Under the pieces are notes generated by a model. It was given only the letters and a program-made list of their open reading frames with translations, had not been told where the DNA came from and did not search any database. A program made the translations under genes and the position numbers. This document shows positions 47,846-58,469 of a stretch of DNA of 64,000 bases, one piece after another; position 1 is the stretch's first letter; every line of letters starts with the position of its first letter. This DNA comes from an uncultured Gammaproteobacteria bacterium (GTDB lineage Bacteria; Pseudomonadota; Gammaproteobacteria; Steroidobacterales; Rariloculaceae), in assembly GCA_964384125.1 (NCBI GenBank), contig CAYLKA010000003.1, positions 548 through 64,547 on the forward strand. The letters run 5' to 3'.

Positions 47846-49735
47846 ATGAGTCGTTCCATCAGCCAGACCATACTTCTCGCAGGAGCTTGCACATTTCTCG
47901 GTTCCTGCACACCTGAAACCATAGAGGTGCCGGTACTGCAGACTGTTGCCGTCGTGCCGGACCATCTGCGTCCACCCGTCATGGGACGTAACGCAGGTGT
48001 TTCTGCCGGGCATCCTCTAACCAGCGCTGCTGCACTCGAAGTCCTGCAAAACGGCGGTAATGCGTTCGACGCGGGCGTAGCCGCACTCCTCGTCGGGGGT
48101 GTGGTGGAACAAGATCTTTACAGCCTGGGCGGCGAGGCTCTGGTCCTTGTTTACCCGCAGTCCGAGCGCCGGGTGACCTCAGTCGTAGGTCAGGGGTGGG
48201 CGCCCAGGGACGCCACGATCGACTGGTATCGCCAGAGAAACAAGAACCTGAATGGATACGGGTTGGACCCAGCCGTTGTGCCGGGCGCTCTCCACGGCGC
48301 ACTCACCGTGCTTGAGCGGTGGGGCACAATGACCTTCGAGGAGGTATCGGCTCGGGCAATCGAGTACGCAGAAGTAGGTTTTCCTCTCAGAACTCGGACT
48401 GCACTTTCAATCCAGAGGGAGAAGGATTTCATAGATCAGTGGCCAGACAACCAACGTTATTGGTACCGACCCGACGGCACGACCTACTACCCTGGAGAGA
48501 TCATTCGCCTGCCAACGCTTGCCGCCACGTTGAAGAAAATGGTCGATGCGGAACGTTCAGCGTCGACCCAAGGTCGAGTCGCTGCAATCGTCGCAGCCAG
48601 AGATCGCTTCTACAAGGGTGATATCGCTCAAGAGATGGTGGAGTTTCTCCAGTCACACGGTACACCTTTCGTATTGGATGACTTCTCGGAGTTCTACGCG
48701 AGAGTCGAGGAGCCTACGAGCACCACCTACAAGCAGTACACGGTCTACAAACAATCCTTCAATAGCCAGGGCCCGTCACTGCTCCAGACTCTGAATATTC
48801 TAGAAAATTTCGACCTCAGAAGAATGGGGCATAACAGCACCGAGTATCTCCATACACTCATCGAAGCCATGAAGCTTAGCTATGCTGATCGTGACTCGTT
48901 TTACGCGGATCCCGATTTCGTGGATATCCCGGCGGAAGGGCTACTCTCGAAGGAGTACGCCGCAGAGCGGGCGCAACTGATCGACATGGAGAGTGCCTCA
49001 GAGACGTATGTGGCCGGTAACCCGTTTGCCTTCGATGACTCGTTCCAGAGTATCGCCGACTGGCAGTACTGGATGGCAGGTGTTCCTGAACCCGAGCGAA
49101 CCGAACCTCAATTACTCGCAAGGGTAGATCCCTCCGAAAAGGACACCACACACATCGCCATAATCGACAAAGACGGAAACGTCTTCGACAGCACACCGAG
49201 TGGCGGCTGGATCGGCGGCGCCGTAATCTTGGGGAACACCGGAATCGCTATGAGTGTTCGCGGCGAGCAATTCTGGCTCGACGAGACACGGGCCTCGCAG
49301 CTTCGACCTCGTTCACGCCCCCGCTACACGCTGACTCCCAGTATCGTGCTGCTAGACGGTGAACCCTTTCTCGCAATTGGAACCCCGGGAGGAGACAACC
49401 AGGAACAGACGATACTCCAAACATTTCTGAACATCGTCGAGTTTCCGGCAGACTGGTACCCAAACATGCATCAGGCGCTTCAGCCACCCCGTGTTCAAAC
49501 GCTCCACTTTCGGGCTTCGTTCTGGCCTCACGAATCGGGCTTCAATCGCATCAACGTTGAAACCAACTTACCCCCGGAAGTGATTCGGGGCCTGGAAAAC
49601 CGTGGACATTTGGTTAATCGCGTGCCGCCGCTAAGCATTCCAGCCTGTGCAACCATCGTGATGCTCGACCCTCGGGATGGCGCTCGTATCGCTGGAGCGG
49701 ACGCAAGACGCGACTGTTACGCGATTGCGTACTGA
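47846..49735 (+). CDS. ggt: gamma-glutamyltransferase-family lipoprotein
   Basis: Lipobox-like leader (LLAGACTFLGSC), nucleophile context EKDTTHIAIIDKDGN, and GTPGGDNQ. Confidence 0.8.
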   Translation: MSRSISQTILLAGACTFLGSCTPETIEVPVLQTVAVVPDHLRPPVMGRNAGVSAGHPLTSAAALEVLQNGGNAFDAGVAALLVGGVVEQDLYSLGGEALVLVYPQSERRVTSVVGQGWAPRDATIDWYRQRNKNLNGYGLDPAVVPGALHGALTVLERWGTMTFEEVSARAIEYAEVGFPLRTRTALSIQREKDFIDQWPDNQRYWYRPDGTTYYPGEIIRLPTLAATLKKMVDAERSASTQGRVAAIVAARDRFYKGDIAQEMVEFLQSHGTPFVLDDFSEFYARVEEPTSTTYKQYTVYKQSFNSQGPSLLQTLNILENFDLRRMGHNSTEYLHTLIEAMKLSYADRDSFYADPDFVDIPAEGLLSKEYAAERAQLIDMESASETYVAGNPFAFDDSFQSIADWQYWMAGVPEPERTEPQLLARVDPSEKDTTHIAIIDKDGNVFDSTPSGGWIGGAVILGNTGIAMSVRGEQFWLDETRASQLRPRSRPRYTLTPSIVLLDGEPFLAIGTPGGDNQEQTILQTFLNIVEFPADWYPNMHQALQPPRVQTLHFRASFWPHESGFNRINVETNLPPEVIRGLENRGHLVNRVPPLSIPACATIVMLDPRDGARIAGADARRDCYAIAY

Positions 49736-49737
49736 CC

Positions 49738-51426
49738 TCAGCCCCGAAGGGGATCGGTGACGCCGAGCACCTGAATGGCGAGTAGGCCCAACAGACCCGT
49801 GGCCACAAGGTAGTACATCGTCGGCAAAATCGTCCGGCGTAAAGTTGCGCCCTCTTGACCCAACAAGCCTACGGTTGCGGATGCAGCAACCACGTTGTGG
49901 ATGGCGATCATATTACCCGCCGCCGCACCCACGGCCTGCAGTGCTACGACCATCGCGGACGAGATATCTAACGCGGTCGCCACTCCATGTTGAAACAATG
50001 AAAACATGAGGTTACTAACCGTATTGCTGCCAGCAATGAACGCGCCCAAGGCACCGATGAAAGGCGCGAAGAACGGCCATACTACTCCCACGTTCATCGA
50101 TACCCACTCGGCCATGGCAATCGGCATGCTCTGGATATCGAGTGCGTTGACGTCCGAGTTAATGTAGATGCGCACCATCGGCACGGCAAACACGAGCACG
50201 AAACCTGCTCCCAGCAGCGTTCGCGTGGACTCAGAAACAGCTGCTGTGAACTGTCTGACCCGCACACCATGCAACACTACGGTCACCAGTGCGACGATGA
50301 GCAGCATGGCAGCAGGAAGATAAAAGGGTGTCGTTGTAGCGGTGACTGGTGTCCCAAGAATGCCTTCCCACCGAAAAACGATAGATCTCAATGCCTCGCC
50401 GAATGGAAGTTGCGGGAGCCGCGTCAGGACCAGTAAGGCAGCAACCAGCAAGTACGGCATCCAAGCCCGCGCGGGGGACATAACCTTGTCAGGCGTCTCC
50501 AGGCGCATTTCCAACTTGCCCATCCAGTTGTCAGGCCACTCAGTTCGCTTCGGAAAGTCCCAGGTGTCGTTCGGCACCAGAAACTTTTTGCGGGCCGCCG
50601 TAGTGACGATGGCCAGCCCAATAAGGCCGCCCAGGAGCGAAGGAAACGCTGGCCCAAGCACGACGCCGGTAAAGTAATAAGGTACCGTGAATGCAACGCC
50701 GCCGAGCAGCGCGAAAGGCCAGATCGACAGGCCCTCGGTCCACGAACGGTTTTCACCGAAGAAGCGGGTCATCATCATGATCATAAACAACGGCATGATG
50801 GTCCCGACGATCGCGTGCAGTAGAACGACGTGGGAGGTAATGATCTGGAGGTACTCCGAAAACTCTAGACCGGCACTGGCAAGTTGTTGGGTAACGTCAG
50901 CGCTGTCCAATCCTCCTCTCACACCCACCAGAATGGGTGTCCCCACTGCCCCGAAGGTAACAGGCGTGCTCTGCACCATCATTCCTAGCATGACGGCGGT
51001 GATTGCCGGAAAACCGAGGGCCACCAGCAGGGGCGCCGTGATGGCCGCAGGTGTGCCGAAGCCAGACGCGCCCTCGATGAAGCTACCAAACAACCAACTC
51101 ACAATGATGACTTGAACGCGCCGATCGGGCGTGATCGTTGTGAAACCCGACCGAATCGCCGCAATGGCGCCCGAGTGCTTCATCACGTTGAGCAGCAGGA
51201 TCGCCGCGAAAATGATGAAAAGAATCTCGAAGGCAATGAAAAGGCCCTGAATGCTGGCGGCAACAATTTGTGCGAGCGGCATCGCCCAAACGATCCCACC
51301 GATGAACGCCGCAAGCACGTAAACCACAGGCATAGCCACTCGGGCAGGTAAACGGAAGCCTACAAGGAGTACGGCCGCAACCAAGATCGGGAGAATCGCT
51401 AATAACGCCTGAGTCCAGAGTGGCAT
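49738..51426 (-). CDS. L-lactate permease (LctP) family transporter
   Basis: 562 aa, highly polytopic. N-terminal pattern and size match LctP from recall. Confidence 0.7.
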   Translation of the reverse strand: MPLWTQALLAILPILVAAVLLVGFRLPARVAMPVVYVLAAFIGGIVWAMPLAQIVAASIQGLFIAFEILFIIFAAILLLNVMKHSGAIAAIRSGFTTITPDRRVQVIIVSWLFGSFIEGASGFGTPAAITAPLLVALGFPAITAVMLGMMVQSTPVTFGAVGTPILVGVRGGLDSADVTQQLASAGLEFSEYLQIITSHVVLLHAIVGTIMPLFMIMMMTRFFGENRSWTEGLSIWPFALLGGVAFTVPYYFTGVVLGPAFPSLLGGLIGLAIVTTAARKKFLVPNDTWDFPKRTEWPDNWMGKLEMRLETPDKVMSPARAWMPYLLVAALLVLTRLPQLPFGEALRSIVFRWEGILGTPVTATTTPFYLPAAMLLIVALVTVVLHGVRVRQFTAAVSESTRTLLGAGFVLVFAVPMVRIYINSDVNALDIQSMPIAMAEWVSMNVGVVWPFFAPFIGALGAFIAGSNTVSNLMFSLFQHGVATALDISSAMVVALQAVGAAAGNMIAIHNVVAASATVGLLGQEGATLRRTILPTMYYLVATGLLGLLAIQVLGVTDPLRG

Positions 51427-51591
51427 TGTCTGTCCCTATTCGCTTGTTGTTCTTGTACGAACCGGGACGGACCATAGCACACCCCGCATCAGGCTAGCTC
51501 GCCATCCCTGAAAGGATTGTCTATCCTCCGCTACCTACGGATCCGGCCGGATCGCCCGGATGAACCCCACCGTAAAAGAGAAAGGAACTAC

Positions 51592-53082
51592 ATGACTTCG
51601 AATGGGACTGACGTGCTCGTCGTAGGCTGCGGTAACGCTGCTCTGTGCGCAGCGCTAGCCGCAGAGGAAAACGGCGCTGCAAGTGTGACTGTGCTCGAGC
51701 GTGCGCCGGAAGGTGAGAGCGGCGGGAACAGCCGTTTCACCGCCGGAGCCATTCGATTTGCCTATTCCGGGGTCGACGACCTGTTGGAGCTAATACCCGA
51801 TCTCTCCGAGAATGACATCGCTATAACCGACTTCGGTTCCTATACCGAAGATCAGTTCTTCGACGATATGTACGAAGTGACGCAGTACCGCTGCGATCCC
51901 GACCTAATCGAATGCCTCGTGCGGTACTCCAAAGAAACCATGCTGTGGATGCGCGACAAAGGCGTTCGATTCATCCCCATCTACGGCCGCCAAGCTTTTA
52001 AAGTCGACGGCAAGTTCACCTTTTGGGGTGGACTTACGGTGGAATCCGTCGGCGGTGGACCTGGCCTCGTGGACAGCCTTACTCGGGCATGTCTCAAACG
52101 CGGCATCGACATTCAATACGATACAAGGGCTGTTGAGCTCGCGTCGGACGGCAAGAACGTCACGGGCGTGGTGGTCCGCAGAGGCGGAGAGCGACCGGAA
52201 ACGATACCAGCTGACGCGGTAGTGCTTGCCTCCGGCGGCTTCGAGGCGAATCCGGAATGGCGGACACGGTATCTTGGTCCTGGCTGGGAAATTGCGAAAG
52301 TGCGGGGTACTCGTTTCAACACCGGCGACGGTATCAAGATGGCATTGGACATTGGCGCAGCTTCTTATGGGAACTGGTCCGGTTGTCACGCAGTAGGCTG
52401 GGACCGAAATGCGCCCGAGTTCGGTGACCTAACTGTCGGTGATCAATTTCAGAAGCACTCCTATCCTTTCGCAATCATGGTCAATGCGCATGGACGACGC
52501 TTCGTCGACGAGGGAGCCGATTTCCGCAACTACACCTATGCGAAATATGGCGGTGAGATCATGAAACAACCGGGACAATTCGCCTGGCAAATATTCGACG
52601 CCAAGACGACGCACCTATTGCGCGATGAATACCACATTCGTGAGATCACGAAGGCGAAAGCAGACTCGTTAGAAGAGCTGCTCCCCCGCCTCGAGGGTGT
52701 CGACGCGGAAACATGCCTCAAGGAAATCCAGGAATTCAACGCAGCCGTCAAACAAGACGTACCATTCAACCCCAACATCAAGGACGGGCGATGTACGGAA
52801 GGTATCGCCATCAACAAAAGTAATTGGGCCAATACCCTCGACGAGCCACCCTTCGAAGCATATGCGGTTACCTGTGGAATCACATTCACTTTCGGTGGCC
52901 TGCGCATCAATACGGAAGCACAGGTCCTGGATACGGATCTACGCCCCGTGCCGGGGCTGTACGCGGCAGGAGAGCTGGTCGGCGGGATCTTTTACAATAA
53001 CTACCCCGGTGGCACGGGCTTGATATCCGGCTCCGTCTTCGGAAAGATCGCTGGCACCACTGCGGCAAGAGGACAGGTTTGA
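51592..53082 (+). CDS. FAD-binding dehydrogenase resembling tricarballylate dehydrogenase TcuA / fumarate-reductase flavoproteins
   Basis: DVLVVGCGNAALCAALAA, GGNSRFT, LASGGFEANPEW, RGTRFNTGDG, GRRFVDEGADF and QPGQFAWQIFDAK parallel Salmonella TcuA as recalled. ATG 51592 follows AAAGGA. Confidence 0.65.
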   Translation: MTSNGTDVLVVGCGNAALCAALAAEENGAASVTVLERAPEGESGGNSRFTAGAIRFAYSGVDDLLELIPDLSENDIAITDFGSYTEDQFFDDMYEVTQYRCDPDLIECLVRYSKETMLWMRDKGVRFIPIYGRQAFKVDGKFTFWGGLTVESVGGGPGLVDSLTRACLKRGIDIQYDTRAVELASDGKNVTGVVVRRGGERPETIPADAVVLASGGFEANPEWRTRYLGPGWEIAKVRGTRFNTGDGIKMALDIGAASYGNWSGCHAVGWDRNAPEFGDLTVGDQFQKHSYPFAIMVNAHGRRFVDEGADFRNYTYAKYGGEIMKQPGQFAWQIFDAKTTHLLRDEYHIREITKAKADSLEELLPRLEGVDAETCLKEIQEFNAAVKQDVPFNPNIKDGRCTEGIAINKSNWANTLDEPPFEAYAVTCGITFTFGGLRINTEAQVLDTDLRPVPGLYAAGELVGGIFYNNYPGGTGLISGSVFGKIAGTTAARGQV

Positions 53083-54176
53083 GCACGATTGACCGAAGGA
53101 GCTTCTTAAAGTCTTTCTCGCTCGGAATGGGCGCGTTGGGCTTAGGCCTGTCTAAGGCCCAGGGTGGCAGATTCTCCGGCGAGATCGTCGAACTTGTCAT
53201 TCCCTTCAAGGAGGGCGGTGGGTCCGATACCTGGGGCCGTTTCAACGCCCCTTTCCTGTCCCGTTACCTCCCTGGACAACCGACAGTCATCGTAAGAAAC
53301 GTACCCGGTGGCAACTCGATCGCCGGTGCCAATCGTTTCGCAGCTCGCGCCCGCCCCGATGGGCTCTCCGTCCTCGGGACATCAGCCTCGACGCAATTTC
53401 CCTATCTCATGAGCGATCCTCGCGTCGACTACGACTACCGAGACTGGCGCGTACTCATGGCATACGGCACAGGCGGCGTGGCCTACGTGTCGACCGATCT
53501 TGGAGTCTCCAGTGTCACAGATCTCAATGACATCATGGACCGAACCCTACTCTACGGGAGTCAGGGCCCCACCTCGCTGGACTTGGTACCGGTCCTAGCT
53601 TTCAAACTTCTGGGACTCAACGTGCGCCCGATTTTCGGCATGAGCGGGCGCGGAGCCGGGCGTCTTGCCTTCGAGCGTGGCGAGGTCAACATTGACTATC
53701 AAACCTCGACTGCTTACCTGCGCAACGTCGTCCCGCTAATTCAGCAGGGAAACGCTGTGCCACTGTTCTCGTGGGGCGCGCTGAACGGTGCGGGTGAACT
53801 GATCCGCGATCCGACGTTCCCGGACTTGCCTCACTTCGGCGAGGCTTACGAAGCCCTACACGGAAAAACTCCGAGCGGGCTCGAGTGGGAGAGCTGGTTT
53901 GCGTTTTTCACCGCTGGGTTCCCCGCGCAGAAGCTCCTAGTCGCCCCAGCAGAGACGCCGGATGAAGTCGTTCAAGCGTACGAAGACGCCGTGCAGGCGA
54001 TGCGAACGGACCCAGAATACCGTTCCCGAAAACCCGCCGCATTAGGCACCTACGAGCAAGTTACCGGTCCTGCTGCCCAAAGGATGTACGACCTGGCAAC
54101 CAATGTGCCCCAGAGCGCTCGGGACTGGGTCAGAACGTGGCTAAGGGATGAGTTCCGAGTCAACCTCGAGGCCTGA
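53079..54176 (+). CDS. tctC: tripartite tricarboxylate transporter substrate-binding protein (TctC/Bug family)
   Basis: Leader DRRSFLKSF...; about 340-aa mature size; sits immediately upstream of tctA. TTG start overlaps the upstream stop. Confidence 0.7.
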   Translation: MSTIDRRSFLKSFSLGMGALGLGLSKAQGGRFSGEIVELVIPFKEGGGSDTWGRFNAPFLSRYLPGQPTVIVRNVPGGNSIAGANRFAARARPDGLSVLGTSASTQFPYLMSDPRVDYDYRDWRVLMAYGTGGVAYVSTDLGVSSVTDLNDIMDRTLLYGSQGPTSLDLVPVLAFKLLGLNVRPIFGMSGRGAGRLAFERGEVNIDYQTSTAYLRNVVPLIQQGNAVPLFSWGALNGAGELIRDPTFPDLPHFGEAYEALHGKTPSGLEWESWFAFFTAGFPAQKLLVAPAETPDEVVQAYEDAVQAMRTDPEYRSRKPAALGTYEQVTGPAAQRMYDLATNVPQSARDWVRTWLRDEFRVNLEA

Positions 54177-54178
54177 AG

Positions 54179-56176
54179 TTGACTGAGGCGCTGTTAACCG
54201 CCCTCGCGAACCTCGCTACAGCCCAGCACGTTTTCCATCTGGTCCTCGGCGTATCGCTGGGCTTGGCCATCGGCGCGTTCCCTGGGCTCGGGGGCATTGC
54301 CGGGTTGTCAATCATGATGCCGTTTCTCTACGGCATGGATACGACATCGGCACTCGCGACGCTGGTGGGACTGGTCGCGGTCATACCAACGTCCGATACA
54401 TTCACTTCCGTCCTAATGGGAATTCCCGGTTCGAGTGCGAGCCAGGCCACAGTGCTGGACGGATTCCCCCTTTCTCAGCAGGGACAGGCTGCCCGTGCCC
54501 TGGCCGCCGCGTTCTCCGCCTCGTTGTTGGGAGGTATCGTCGGCGCGATAATTCTCACTCTGTTCGTGCAGATCGCTCGTCCACTCATCCTTACCTTTGG
54601 CTCGGCCGAATTGTTCATGCTGGCACTGTTAGGGCTCTCCATGGTGGGCGTGATGTCCGGCGCAAACCTCGTCAAAGGGCTCACCGCGTGTGGGCTAGGG
54701 CTGATGGCGGGATCCATCGGCGGCGCTCCAGCCACGGGTGAGTTCCGTATGACCCTCGGTGTTGACTATCTCTATGACGGACTCCCGTTGGTGATCGTGG
54801 GCATCGGACTCTTCGCGTTTCCTGAGATCACTGATCTTCTGCGCAAGGACCGGCCCATAGCAGCCGGTGGCATGCTAGCGGGAAAATGGCTCCATGGCGT
54901 TCGAGACGTGATCCGTAATTGGTTCTTGTGCCTACGCTGCGCCGGCATCGGCACACTGATCGGGGCCATTCCTGGGCTCGGTGGGACGGTTGTGGATTGG
55001 ATCGCGTACGGTCATGCAGTTCAAACAACGAAGGACAAGTCCCGGTTTGGAAAAGGCGACATCCGCGGCGTGCTAGCTCCCGAGTCCGCAAACAACGCCA
55101 AGGAGGGCGGCGGCCTGGTGCCAACCTTATTGTTCGGTATTCCTGGCTCAGGCGCCATGGCCGTATTTCTTGGAGGCTTGGTGCTGCTGGGTATCGAAGC
55201 CGGCCCCGCGATGGTCTCAAGCGATCTTGACCTAACCTACACGATCATCTGGTCGCTGGCACTGGCGAACGTGCTGGGTGCAGGCAGTTGTATGCTCTTA
55301 GCTCGGCCCATCGCGCGTCTGACCACGATCCCTTTCAACTTACTCGCCCCGTTCATGATCATGGTAGTAAGTTTCGCCGCTTTCCAGGCGACGCGGCAAT
55401 TCATGGACCTAATTGCGCTATTGGGGATAGGACTCCTCGGCGTGATGCTAAAACGATTTGGCTGGTCACGGCCCGCATTTCTGATCGGCTTCGTGCTAGC
55501 GGGGCAGGCGGAGGGTTACCTGAACCTAGCTGTACAGTTTTATGGCTGGGAAATGTTTGCCCGTCCAGGTGTACTCAGCATACTGGCAATCACCTTAGTC
55601 TCCATCTGGCTCGGTTCCCGGGGCCAAGGAACCGAGGCCCGAGTCGCCGCGGCGGGACTTGAAGACACGTCGAACAGCTCACGTCCTAAGGTGCGAACAC
55701 CTCAGCTCGCGTTTCTGAGCGGAACGGTTGGTCTGCTCCTGTATGCTATTTGGAGCAGCCAGGAACTATCTCCACTGGGCAATATGTTCCCAACGGGGGT
55801 GGGTATCGTGACGCTCGGATTATGCGTCTATCTGGGCGCTATGCTGTTGTTTGGATCGCCTGAGAATTCGGCTAACTTCGACATTGAACAAGACACCGGA
55901 ATTGTTGCCGGAAAGAGCGCTATCTGGCGCAATGCTGGTTGGTTCGGCGTGCTAGTCGCCATAACGGCGGTCCTGGGGTTTGTCTTGGGGACCGTGAGCT
56001 TCTTCGTCGCGTTCCTAAGGCTGAAGGCACAAGTGAGCTGGGGAATGACTATGCTACTGACAACTGCCGCGCTCGTCGTATTGACGATCCTCACAAACTT
56101 CTTGCTCGTGGAGCTACCGGCCGGTTTGCTGTCACTTTACGTTGACCTCCCCTGGCTGATGGGGCAAATAGGATGA
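54179..56176 (+). CDS. tctA: tripartite tricarboxylate transporter permease TctA with C-terminal TctB-like extension
   Basis: 665 aa. The TctA-like polytopic core (about 500 aa) is followed by a polar linker and four more hydrophobic segments. Confidence 0.8.
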   Translation: MTEALLTALANLATAQHVFHLVLGVSLGLAIGAFPGLGGIAGLSIMMPFLYGMDTTSALATLVGLVAVIPTSDTFTSVLMGIPGSSASQATVLDGFPLSQQGQAARALAAAFSASLLGGIVGAIILTLFVQIARPLILTFGSAELFMLALLGLSMVGVMSGANLVKGLTACGLGLMAGSIGGAPATGEFRMTLGVDYLYDGLPLVIVGIGLFAFPEITDLLRKDRPIAAGGMLAGKWLHGVRDVIRNWFLCLRCAGIGTLIGAIPGLGGTVVDWIAYGHAVQTTKDKSRFGKGDIRGVLAPESANNAKEGGGLVPTLLFGIPGSGAMAVFLGGLVLLGIEAGPAMVSSDLDLTYTIIWSLALANVLGAGSCMLLARPIARLTTIPFNLLAPFMIMVVSFAAFQATRQFMDLIALLGIGLLGVMLKRFGWSRPAFLIGFVLAGQAEGYLNLAVQFYGWEMFARPGVLSILAITLVSIWLGSRGQGTEARVAAAGLEDTSNSSRPKVRTPQLAFLSGTVGLLLYAIWSSQELSPLGNMFPTGVGIVTLGLCVYLGAMLLFGSPENSANFDIEQDTGIVAGKSAIWRNAGWFGVLVAITAVLGFVLGTVSFFVAFLRLKAQVSWGMTMLLTTAALVVLTILTNFLLVELPAGLLSLYVDLPWLMGQIG

Positions 56177-57252
56177 ACCAGCGTAGCGTTCGGTGCACCT
56201 TCATGCGCGGTGGCACATCCCGCGGTCCCTTCTTCGAGCAACGAGACCTGCCAGCAGAAATTAGCGTTCGAGATCGTGTCCTGCTCGCTGCCATGGGATC
56301 ACCCGACGAGCGTCAAATCGACGGACTCGGTGGAGCAGATATGCTGACCAGCAAGGTCGCCATAGTGAGCCCATCGGAACAAGACGGGATCGACGTTGAC
56401 TACCTGTTCGCTCAAGTTTGGCTCGACAAGGCAATCGTAGACACGGGGCCCTCTTGTGGAAATATGCTCGCCGGAATCGGACCATTCGCGATCGAACGGG
56501 GACTTGTCAAGGCGGCCGCCGAGGAGACCCGTGTCAACGTTTATAACGTAAACACCCAGAGTCGAATCGAGACCGTAATCCAGACACCCCAAGGCATCCT
56601 CACTTACGAAGGCGATCAGCAGATTGACGGGGTACCAGGGACAGCGGCGCCCATCCTGCTCAACTTCAGCCAGGTAGTGGGATCGAAATGCGGTGTCTTA
56701 TTCCCGACAGGCGCGTCTAAAGAGAAGATCCAGGGTGTGTCAGCAACCTGCATCGACGCAGCCATGCCTATGGTGATCCTGCGGGCGCAGGATCTCGGCC
56801 TCAGTGGCTACGAGGCACACGCAACCGCAGATGACCGCGAACTAATGCAACGCATTGAAGGCATCAGACTCGAGGCCGGAGAGCGAATGGGACTGGGTAA
56901 CGTTACAGAGATGGTTATTCCTAAGGTTTCTATCCTCGCGCAGCCACGCTATGGCGGAACGATTTCATCGTGTTACCTCACACCACACCACGTACATGCC
57001 GCCCACGCAGTGACAGGTGCGATTTGCGTCGCAAGCTGCGTCTCCATTCAAGAGACCGTTGCCGGCAACCTCGCGGACTCGATCGACAACCCAGGCACGA
57101 TCCGTATAGAACACCCTTCGGGTACGATCGACGTGGAACTCGAAACCTCGGGCAACGGAGCGGAAACGCAAATCGTACAAGCCGGTGTGGTTAGCACCGC
57201 GCGCAAGATTATGGATGGCCAGGTGTTCGTACCCGCGAGGCTCTGGCCATAA
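56173..57252 (+). CDS. PrpF/GalD/LigU-family isomerase
   Basis: N-terminus RCTFMRGGTSRGPFF and later GPSCGNM are typical of PrpF-fold isomerases. ATG overlaps the tctA stop (ATGA). Confidence 0.8.
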   Translation: MNQRSVRCTFMRGGTSRGPFFEQRDLPAEISVRDRVLLAAMGSPDERQIDGLGGADMLTSKVAIVSPSEQDGIDVDYLFAQVWLDKAIVDTGPSCGNMLAGIGPFAIERGLVKAAAEETRVNVYNVNTQSRIETVIQTPQGILTYEGDQQIDGVPGTAAPILLNFSQVVGSKCGVLFPTGASKEKIQGVSATCIDAAMPMVILRAQDLGLSGYEAHATADDRELMQRIEGIRLEAGERMGLGNVTEMVIPKVSILAQPRYGGTISSCYLTPHHVHAAHAVTGAICVASCVSIQETVAGNLADSIDNPGTIRIEHPSGTIDVELETSGNGAETQIVQAGVVSTARKIMDGQVFVPARLWP

Positions 57253-57261
57253 GGACAAGTT

Positions 57262-58266
57262 TTAACCAGTTTCCGGAAGAGTGCAGTTGAAGGGCTTGAG
57301 CTCGTTTCCAGGCACGTATGTCCAAAGCCCCTCCATAACAACCGGCTCCGAAAAATTCACCGGGTCCGTTATCCGTGCTTCCCAATTAAGGCGTGTCCCG
57401 TCAGCACTGACCGTAAACCGCTCGTCGATGATCGAATCCTCGCTCTGCGGCGTACCAAGATCGTCGACGAATCGCCAACCGATGTCGGTGGTTTGAATGG
57501 TGAGCGTACTGCCCTCCCAGCGGCCCACAGAATGACCCATGCGCGGGTGGGCAAGCCAATCGCCATCATCGACATCCGTCATCTGGATGTTACGAACACC
57601 GTCCCATTCCTCCAGCAACAGAACAAGATCTTCACCCTGAGACACGAACTGGATCGGGTAAGGGTTATCCATTGCTGTTGGTATGCCAGGCGGTATACAC
57701 CTCAGAGCCGGATCGTCTGAAGCATCATAGGCATCAACCGAGCCGCGCCCAACTACAGTCAAGGGGTATTGCGTGTTCCCCAAGCCAGTCCGCGGACGCT
57801 CAGTAGGTATCCACACTTTCAGTAATGCGGAGCGCGGATCCACATTTGCGTTCGGATCACGAGGCGCGGCTCGCTCCAGCCCGTAACGCCGTGCCACATC
57901 GGCCTGAAGTGGCACCTCTTCACCATTCGCCAGGGTCATCGCACCGGCGAACATGGCCTTGAGCCCCCCCCGACCCATCCGCCCGTAGACACTAATTCGA
58001 TCACCAACGCTGACTACGTCACGTGTGACCCCTATCCGTTCCAGAGTGTTTACGGAACCGAACTCTACTTCCCACCCTTCGTTCTCTCCGTTCTCGACTT
58101 CAACGGCAAGCGCAAAACGCACGTGAGGGTTTCTCCAGAAAATTGAGGTGATCTCACCTTCAACCTCACCGAATACATCTCTCTCGTAGAGCCCTGTCGA
58201 CGCATGATGAGCACTCACGCTCAGCGCCCCAAGCACCGAAATCAACAGCACGCCAAAACGAATCAT
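57262..58266 (-). CDS. exported protein with DUF6152-like N-terminal domain plus unknown C-terminal domain
   Basis: Leader ...GALSVSA, then HHAST...WRNPH...NGENEGWEVEF. 334 aa. Family assignment is from recall. Confidence 0.5.
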   Translation of the reverse strand: MIRFGVLLISVLGALSVSAHHASTGLYERDVFGEVEGEITSIFWRNPHVRFALAVEVENGENEGWEVEFGSVNTLERIGVTRDVVSVGDRISVYGRMGRGGLKAMFAGAMTLANGEEVPLQADVARRYGLERAAPRDPNANVDPRSALLKVWIPTERPRTGLGNTQYPLTVVGRGSVDAYDASDDPALRCIPPGIPTAMDNPYPIQFVSQGEDLVLLLEEWDGVRNIQMTDVDDGDWLAHPRMGHSVGRWEGSTLTIQTTDIGWRFVDDLGTPQSEDSIIDERFTVSADGTRLNWEARITDPVNFSEPVVMEGLWTYVPGNELKPFNCTLPETG

Positions 58267-58469
58267 GAGCCTCTCCCCCGCAGATGTCGTCGGTTTTGTC
58301 AGCGATACAAGTTCCGGTTAGGACCGTTATTGTGCGGCCATTCTACCGTACCAGCACCCTCAGCCCTCCAGGCCTTTGTGTTATTCTGATTTTCTAGTCC
58401 GTGAACCGAAACCACTAACGACCGCTGCCGTGACCATGCGGCAGATAGAACAAAAAAAGGGGGCTAGCC

